Shown: positions 50,880 through 64,000 of the stretch, piece after piece | Numbering within the stretch: the stretch's first letter is position 1 | Layout of the letters: each line of letters starts with the position of its first letter | From: Octopus vulgaris | Lineage: Eukaryota | DNA: 64,000 nt | Direction of reading: 5' to 3' | Assembly: GCA_951406725.2 (NCBI GenBank) | Contig: OX597814.1 | Location: 9,362,001-9,426,000, forward strand | Program-made: the position numbers and the translations under genes | Notes under the pieces: generated by a model | Databases searched by the model: none | What the model was told of the DNA's origin: nothing | What the model saw: the letters and a program-made list of their open reading frames with translations, nothing else

Positions 50880-51640
50880 TCCATAGTCTGATATAATATT
50901 TTGGGATACAAAAATTCTTTCTTCAGATATCGCTAGAAATTGATCTGATCAAGTCACTACTATAATCGGTTCTCCAATGGTTACTGAATTTTTTTTTTTT
51001 TGGAAGTGTCTCTGCAGTGGTCTCATGAAGCTCCTTCTGGAGTTCCTCATGGGAAGTGCATGAGGACGGCTATGTCTCAAGTGTGTTGGCATATCTGCAG
51101 CGGTGCTTCTAAGTTATGTATTATACGTGCAATCATGAGCATGTTACCAGAAATGAACTTACTCGCATCCAGATGTAGCTAAATAATATATTCTTTGCTA
51201 ATTTCCAGCCTGTTGTTAATTTGGGGTGCTAGTCTTTCTTTGAAAATAGCTTCCTTAATTCTTAAATTACCCAAATTTCTTTCATTGGCCTCAGTTGTGA
51301 CTGTTATGCTTTTGCCGGTATTCCGGCATCTGTCTAGATGTTTTCTGAAAAAGGAGGCTCTCGTGTTCAGATGTTCTTTGATGTGGACGTGTAACAGTCT
51401 TGTTGTGCTACCCACATAGAACTTGTTGCATCTGTTGCATTGTATTCTATACACAACATTTAGCCATTGGCATAAATCTGTGTCATGGACGGGGCAGTTA
51501 GCTAGTGTGCATTGATTGCTGTCCCTTGCTCATTTCTTTGCAAGGTGTCCTCTCAGAGAGGGGCCGGAGTGGGCTAGCTGTATGTCTAATCCTTCTCTTC
51601 TTATGGTTCTTCAGGTGGCTGTAGTTATCCTCTCACTGTA
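50880..51640 (-). mobile_element. Penelope-like element 3' remnant (GIY-YIG) with a degenerate hammerhead
   Basis: VYRIQCNRCNKFYVGSTTRLLHVHIKEH...IKEAIF...PQIN; downstream gatat-ctgaaga...aaatatt-atatc at 50931-50890. Confidence 0.85.
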
Positions 51641-52084
51641 GTTATCCAGTTGAAAATTCTGGGCATCCTGTTAGCAAATGAAGTGCGTAATGGTGATTAA
51701 ATAATATCAATAAATATTCCAAATGTCTGTTTTGTTATATATATGTGTAAAGTAATGTAAAGTCTTGTGTAAAAAGGGTAAAGACCCCCCCATCCTTCGG
51801 TCATGAATGACCATGGATTGCACCTAGAAAGCTTCCCTCCAAAGCAGAAGTCTAGGCAAGGTTGTTTTGTGGGAGAGCAGCCAGTTGCCTATGCATACCA
51901 GTTTCTCTTTTCCATACCATGCCCAAGAGAAAAGACTGATACAGGTTGGCACCAGTGATGCTGCAACTCATTTCTACTGCTGAGTGACTGGAACAATGTG
52001 AAATAAAGTGTCTTTCTCAAGAACACTATACAGGAATCAAACTCGCTACCTTATGATTGTGTGTCTGATGCTGTAACCACTGAG

Positions 52085-53533
52085 CAAGGTGTACAACCAA
52101 AATTGTCCACATTTTAGAGTCAGCTTTGAACCTTTGTATCTCAGGAATGCTTAAAGATAACTTAATGAAACTATCAGAGGTTTTTCCAATGCTATTGGAC
52201 TCTACTTTGAGTAAGAAAAATGTTAATTACTCACAAAACTTACCAGAAGTATCGTTATGAAGTTGATTATGGACGAAAATGACATTTTCATGAATAATTA
52301 ACCATAGCTTTGGATGGAGATCTCATAAAGGATTGGAATAAATTTTAAATGGAAGCTTAAAATTTTATTTCAAAGTGCCTGAGAAAATTCTAACCAAAAT
52401 TCTATCTTTTAGGCATCAAGAGTTTCTCCTCTTTTGGCAATGCCTTCCTCAACCCACTTCCTGACCATACCACAAGCTTTCTTAATGAATTCTTCATCAA
52501 TGTCTTCCTCCTACGTCCTACATCATAGGGTTTTTGAGGGTTTGAAGGTTACTGTGGGGCTTCTCACAAGCTTTTCTAACCAGTTCATTCTAGATACTGA
52601 AGTCTAAAGGGTTAAAATCAGGTGATGAAAGGGGTCAAGTGTTCCTATCCCCAAAATTTTTGTACCATTGCATTTGTGTGAAAAGGAGCTTCATCTTGCT
52701 GGAATGTAAATTTGAAGTCCTTAATGATTTGGGGTTTCCCTTGTTTCTTGCTTCTTGATTCACAAAGAATCCAGGTCTTTACATCTTTCAAAACCTGAAC
52801 ATAACAAACTCCTATCAGTCTCTCAACCTTATCAAACATGATCAGTGACATCTTCTTACCATCAAAGGCTGTACAGGCGAAAATCATCACCTTGGCAGAG
52901 TTTGTGCACCTGAAAATAACTCCAGGATTGTTTCACTTTGTTCAAGATCCTCTCCAACCTTCTAACATTTTGTTCTGGAGTAACAAGATACCTCATAGGT
53001 CTCACATACGATTTCATTTTCAAGTCCCTTATCACTGCTCTTTAAACTGTCATAGCTGAAACTCCTCTCTCATATGCTAAGCATCTTTTGGATTGAGTTG
53101 GATCTGTTCTGATTGATCTCTTCAGCTCCAGATTGAAATGATGAGCCCTCTTGTGGATATGACCTCCAGATCCAGTTTTTTCCTTCCACTATCCCCACTT
53201 TCTCAAACTTATTAACAATTCTCTTGATGGCTCTTGAATGGACATTGAAGATAGAAGCCAGAGAATGAATGTTGGTACCATTACTTAAGAGCTGGATGAT
53301 CTTAGCCCTTTCAACATTGATCAGTAAGGAAGACATGGTGAGGTTGGCACAAACGATTTCAGTCTGTTCTAGCTAAGTATCTCAATGGATATTTCACTGA
53401 TTCTTACAAAAACTTGTGTCAATATGGCCAGACATCTTATTTGGAAAACATGGGAAATTGCAAATCGATTAGTTTATTGGTTTGGGGAAGTTTTAAGAAT
53501 TTGTGAGTGTAACAGTTTTGCTGATACACCCTG
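52085..53533 (-). mobile_element. Tc1/mariner element, probably maT/DD37D type, decayed
   Basis: N-terminal HTH ORF 53070..53336; TFQQDEAPFHT then SSPDFNPLDFS; imperfect TIRs caaggtgtacaaccaaaattgt / acagttttgctgatacaccctg. Confidence 0.8.
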
Positions 53534-54022
53534 TATATAGACTATTGTGAATGTCTTGTATTTATATACTCTACTTTGTATGCGTAGATGGATGTAAGCA
53601 AGCTGTATATAAACTGAGCGTCATATAAACACTTTCTGTATACAATATGTGTTGGGGACAGGAAAAGATTGTTTGGCTGGACCCGTTCCTTTTCTTCTTT
53701 CTCCTTTTATCTATACCCACAGTGTTGGGTACACATCTGCAGATATACTCTGTAGGACAGTATATATAGCATTGAAGTAAAGCACTGTTGACATACCAGT
53801 AATTCACTGAGATTTACTCAAAGCCAGTCTGTTTCAACAGAAATGTTCTTCCTTTGTTTTAATCAGTTTTGAAAATAATGAAGAATTAAGTAAAATCGGT
53901 TTGTCATTATTAAGCTGATGTTTGGACACAATATGGAATCTTGACTAATTTTTTACTGTTACATAGAAAATCAATTATGTTTTTGATTGAGTGATGATAA
54001 ATTATTTGTTTGTTTCTAACAG

Positions 54023-54077
54023 AAATTTAATGAATATTTCCAAGAAATTCTGGCAAATGGTTCTGCTGCATAATCAG
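54023..54077 (+). CDS. Module 3 exon D, with in-frame stop TAA at 54071-54073
   Basis: tttctaacag acceptor; KFNEYFQEILANGSAA*S, then G|gtaaat donor in phase 1 as in D1/D2. Confidence 0.7.
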
Positions 54078-54159
54078 GTAAATTGTTTTTTTTTTACTTT
54101 TGTTGAATATTATTTGGGAAGAAATTAGTGCCATTTGTCAGCAGTTTTGATTTTATAAT

Positions 54160-54450
54160 GTTGACCAACAGAGGGACCACTATTCTGATTGACAGTACCT
54201 CGGTAGATAAAGCAATTAAGGGTATGAAGATAGGGAAAGCCCCTGGCCCATCAGGAATCACTACTGGGACGCTTAAAATATTTGACAGTGTAGGCTATAG
54301 TCTAGTCACTTGTATAGTCAACAAGGTGATACATGAAGGAGTCATACCTAAAGACTGCTGTAGCAGCACCATAGTCAACTACAACAACGGTAAAGGTGAC
54401 GCATTAAATAGGATTAATTACAGAGGTATCAAATTGTTGGGTCAGGTATA
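54160..54450 (+). mobile_element. RTE RT fragment
   Basis: KAIKGMKIGKAPGPSGIT...GKGDALNRINYRGIKLL. Confidence 0.85.
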
Positions 54451-54879
54451 GATCATTCTAAGTCTTTTCATCTCTCCAAATATTTTTCCAAAAGTTTTTA
54501 ACTTCTTCCGTGGGAGTGAGGTCTTCAACAGTTATTTTCTCCTCTGTAGAATGTTTTCAGCTTGGATGTGAACAGCTTATTTTGCTTGTAAAACTTGTTT
54601 CTCTTCTCAAATCTTCATATTCATTGAGCTTTTGCTTGGAATTTTTGTTGCAGTGTTTCTTTGACGGAAAGCGGTTCTCTTGGCAAGAATTTACGTTTCC
54701 TTTCATTTTTCTTCCTTTTTTTTTTTTTTAGTATTATTTTTTACTTTTAATCTGCATGTTTGTTACAATCACTTGCCAAGACACACCCAGTTTTCTGGGG
54801 CAAGTAAAGGATAAGAGATGTTACAGTATGATTGAAATCTTGGGGAGAAGTGACAAGGGCAGTTCCAAAATAACTTCAT

Positions 54880-55080
54880 TTAAATGGATAGGGTTTATCT
54901 AAGGATGTGGGCAGTACTTGTCACCACAATCTTTTGGATTTCTCTGAGACACAGTTCTGGGATCTTATTGAGATGTCTTTTAGGGCACCTACAATAACAG
55001 GAACAGTTCTAGCTTTAAGATGCCACATCTTTTGTATTTCAATTTCCAGGTCTTTATATTTACTTAATTTATCAAATTCC

Positions 55081-55083
<3 letters not shown>
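54880..55083 (-). mobile_element. R4/Dong-like (RLE-type) non-LTR 3' fragment
   Basis: KEFDKLSKYKDLEIEIQKMWHLKARTVPVIVGAL, directly abutting a (TAA)n tract. Confidence 0.75.
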
Positions 55084-55127
<44 letters not shown>

Positions 55128-55200
55128 CATTATTATCATTATTGTTATTATTATCATCATTATTATTATAATTATTATTATTATTATTATTATTATTATT
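55083..55200. repeat. (ATT)n microsatellite
   Basis: Direct reading. Confidence 0.98.
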
Positions 55201-55869
55201 GCTTTCATGGAAATTTGAAGCTCCGTAAGTTGAAATATTGTTTGTAATCTTTTTGGCCTTCTAAGGCCCAGTTGTTTTCATTTTATTCTTACTATTACAT
55301 TTCTGAGATTGTCTGGACTGCACAGATAGTAATTTTGTGTAGAAACCACCCTGTTTTGCAGGGGGTGCGCATCAATATTTAAAAAAAAATCTTAACAACA
55401 TTTGGAAAAAAATAATATTTTGCTGTTTGTATTATTCAGTTTAAGATAGCTGATAAAGAAGCCATCATAATGTTCAACAAACATAGCATTCCTCGTCAGA
55501 AATAAATGAGGGCCTAAACTTAATGACTTCACTGAGGCAAATAATGTTTTGTCTCTAAGCAACGTCAAAACAACAGCAACAGCAGTGAGAAAAACAACAA
55601 CAAAAATATGAAAGAAATGAAACATAAAAATGTGAATATAAAATGTGAATGTTTCTTTTGTGTTTGCAGTGAGAAATATGGAAAATATGGCAAGAAAAAT
55701 TGTAAAAAGAGATGGGAGAAGGATAACACTAAACCCTCCATCTGACGTGATAGAGAACATCATAAGATGCACAGTAACATACCGCTGCATTCGGGTTAAG
55801 TCACGCTGGATGGAAAATGCTCTTGACAGCGAAATACAAAAGTATTTCAGGTGTGTGTGGAAACAAAAG

Positions 55870-56100
55870 ATCACTTGAGGAAAGTTGTTTGGAACTATCA
55901 AGTGTCCCTGATGAACCAACTTCACAGCAGGAAGTGCAGATGGGGGCAGCAGCATCATATTTCCCCTCATTCATCAAATGTCAATTTCTAAAAAGAGTTA
56001 GAAAAGTAAAATTATGTAGCGACACCAAATGGCAGTGCCCCAGCATGGCCACAGTGCATAAGCTGAAACTAGATCAAATCAAATCAAAAAATAAATCAAA
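55870..56100 (+). mobile_element. 3' tip of the CR1-group LINE family seen at 58070-62770
   Basis: SSVPDEPTSQQEVQM and tail cagcatggccacag..agctgaaactag. Confidence 0.8.
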
Positions 56101-56119
56101 TCACATATATGTATGTGTG

Positions 56120-56555
56120 TCATCATCATCATCATCATCATTTAACGTCCGTTTTCCATGCTAGCATGGGTTGGACGGTTCAACTGGGGTCTGGGAAGCC
56201 AGGAGGCTGCGCCAGGCCCAGTCTGATCTGGCAGTGTTTCTACAGCTGGATGCCCTTCCTAACGCCAACCACTCCGAGAGTGTAGTGGGTGCTTTTTATG
56301 TGCCACCTGCACAGGTGCCAGACGAGGCTGGCAAACGGCCACGATTGGATGGTGCTTTTTACGTGCCACCGGCATGGGGGCCAGACAAGGCTGGCAATGG
56401 CCACAATCAGATGGTGCTTTTTACGTGCCACCGGCACGGAGGCCAGTTGGGGCAGCACTGGCAACGGCCACGTTCGGATGGTTCTCTTACATGCAACCAG
56501 CACTGGTATCTCAGCTACAATTTCCATTGATGTTGAACAATTTCGATTTTGATTG
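56120..56555 (-). mobile_element. RTE 3'UTR with (GAT)n tail. Further copies at about 20180-20432(+), 41345-41610(+), 44800-45115(+), 47470-47830(-), 50010-50420(-) and 63856-64000(-)
   Basis: Shared catcatttaacgtccgttttccatgctagcatgggttgga...ggatgcccttcctaacgccaaccact. Confidence 0.9.
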
Positions 56556-56562
56556 TGTGCGT

Positions 56563-56597
<35 letters not shown>

Positions 56598-56649
56598 TGT
56601 ATTTATATATTTGCACCATTCACAGACTTGGTCTCTGGCATTCAGCTAG

Positions 56650-57128
56650 CTGTCCTATAGGAATTTCCAGCTACCTTCTATGTCCGAGGACTGTAGCTCC
56701 TCCTCGCTCTCATCAAATTTCTTGATGAGGATATCCCTAAATCTCAGACAATGTGAAGGGTTCTTTAGCTTCCAAATCCTTCTTTTCTGGATTGGTCTGC
56801 TTCTTGGCATCCTTCTGGCCTCGAGTCTAAAGTCACTATTGACTAGTCTATGCTGGGGGTACATTCCATACCTGAGAGGGTCTTTGTATTTAAGAGCAAC
56901 CCTGCGTCCCGCTGTCTGGTGAGGATGAAATCAATCTGGCTAGCAGAGTCACCTGATTGATAGGTTATCAGGTGGCTGCTTGGCTTCCTGAACTTAGTGT
57001 TGCAGACTAAAAGGCTACATGCATCACAAAACTCCAGTAGCCTGGTTCCATCTTCTTTTCAGGAACCAATACTATTACGCCCATGTACACCAGTGAAAAT
57101 ACCGGATTGCTGTCCAACATGCCCATTA
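56650..57128 (-). mobile_element. RTE APE-region fragment
   Basis: PQHRLVNSDFRLEARRMPRSRPIQKRRIWKLK, homologous to 38975..39235. Confidence 0.85.
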
Positions 57129-57547
57129 AAGTTTGCATCTAACTGTTGCAAACAAAATTCTGTACTACAGAATTTTGTTTGCAACAGTTAGATGCAAACT
57201 TAACCGTAGTCTGATCAGCATCTTCCCTCATGTTTCTTGAAATTTATATCCACATCTTTATGAGTAGATTTACCTTCTCTGAGATGTCAATAATTAATTT
57301 AAGAACTTTGTATTGTTGGAAAACATATATAGTCTGCTTGGAATCTTACTTCAAGTTCCTGGAACTTACTTCTGTAACTTTATAAGGATATTTACACTCT
57401 CTAAGATGATTGGAAAACCTATATGAAATTTAGCTCAAGAGTACTTGACATTATATTTGCTGTAATATTTGCAGCTTTAATAAAATGTTTATAGTATGAA
57501 ACAATTGTACTAAACTACCGATCCATTCTTGTTGCTTATTTTTTGGT

Positions 57548-62775
<5,228 letters not shown>

Positions 62776-62776
62776 T

Positions 62777-63070
62777 CGTAACTGAGATGTCAGCTTAAAA
62801 AATTAATAAACAAACAATCGTAACTGAGATATTAGCTTAAAAAATTAATAAACAGACAATCGTAACTGAGATGTTAGCTTAAAAAATTAATAAACAAACA
62901 ATCGTAACTGAGATGTTAGCTTAAAAAATTAATAAATAAACAATCGTAACTGAGATGTCAGCTTAAAAAATTAATAAATAAACAATCGTAACTGAGATGT
63001 CAGCTTAAAAAATTAATAAACAAACAATCGTAACTGAGATGTTAGCTTAAAAAATTAATAAACAGACAAT
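62777..63070. repeat. 42-bp tandem repeat, 7 copies
   Basis: cgtaactgagatgtcagcttaaaaaattaataaacaaacaat starting at 62777, 62819, 62861, 62903, 62945, 62987 and 63029. Confidence 0.97.
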
Positions 63071-63452
63071 TGCATGCGATACTTATCTTGAAAGGTACAG
63101 TCCAAACCCTCGTGCTTGTACGAAGAAATTTTCTTTCACAACAGAAAAGAAAACAATTCTTTTTTTTTCTTACATTTGACTGAAGATAAATTAAAGACTT
63201 GCCACTACATGCTTTTTCGGTGAAGATTCTAGCATGCGTAACCAACTTTACTGTATTATATTTGGCTGCAAGCGAAATATATTGCGTTTATAATTAATAT
63301 ATTTTCAATTAATGTATTTTAGTAGACTTTATGAGTTAACAAGTTCTACGTTTTGTTACTTTTAGTAGAATATTTCGTCGATTTATGCAAACCTTTTTGT
63401 TTTTTCACAGAGCAAGAGCAAACACGTCTTTCCTCTATGAAAACCGGAAGTA

Positions 63453-63509
<57 letters not shown>

Positions 63510-63763
63510 CCAGTGATGCAGCACGGATGTTTGTCAGTGAACAGGTCGCGGTCTTATAGCGACGAAAATATTTTGACAAATTAAACTTAAATGTTGAAGT
63601 GAATCGAACGGCTTTTGTGTGTTTCTTAAATGGCCTACAAACACCTTCCATGTTGCAATTGTTTTCGTTCCAGCACACGATCTCAGATCAAATCACTTGC
63701 TATGCAAGTACATCTCCGTAATATATATACATACATATATACATATACATATATATATATACA

Positions 63764-63795
<32 letters not shown>

Positions 63796-63798
63796 CAC

Positions 63799-63829
<31 letters not shown>

Positions 63830-63857
63830 CATATATATATATACATATATATATACA
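63453..63857. repeat. Two (TA)-rich microsatellite tracts (about 63453-63507 and 63720-63857)
   Basis: Direct reading. Confidence 0.95.
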
Positions 63858-64000
63858 TCATCATCATCATCATCGTTTAACATCCGTTTTCCGCGCTAGC
63901 ACGGGTTGGACGGTTTCGACCGGGGTCTGGGGAGCTAGGGACTGCCCCAGGCTCCAGTCTAGTCTGGCAGTGTGTCTACAGCTGGATGCCCTTCCTAACG

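Noticed and set aside
6031-54077. Assigning the symbol PARP14, PARP9 or PARP15
   Set aside because: No WWE or PARP catalytic exons are visible in the window, so orthology cannot be decided from macrodomains alone.
55392-55970. 192-aa hydrophobic ORF
   Set aside because: Antisense to A-rich sequence and a LINE tip; no motif or splice support.
62777-63070. 42-bp repeats as a CRISPR array
   Set aside because: Head-to-tail units with no unique spacers, no cas genes, and a eukaryotic context.

Overview
Repeat-dense, AT-rich, intron-containing animal DNA. The (CAT)n/(GAT)n-tailed RTE LINE ends and the SINE types look like an octopus genome; that is my recognition, not a database result. One host gene can be supported, on the + strand: 12 exons with canonical AG/GT boundaries splice into about 645 codons encoding three tandem macrodomains of the PARP9/14/15 (macro-PARP) type. 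Each domain comes from a duplicated 4-exon module (A-B-C-D, phases 1-0-0-0-1). The start lies upstream of the window, and the last exon seen carries an in-frame TAA just before an intact splice donor. The three domains differ mostly by amino-acid-changing substitutions clustered at the predicted ADP-ribose-binding loop, while neighbouring introns are nearly identical. The rest is transposon material: a near-full-length CR1-group LINE with a CCCH-finger ORF1, RTE LINEs and derivatives, a Helitron, hAT, Tc1/mariner, Gypsy and Penelope-like remnants with minimal hammerhead motifs, SINEs, and mini- and microsatellites. Repeat boundaries are approximate unless a TSD or terminus is cited.
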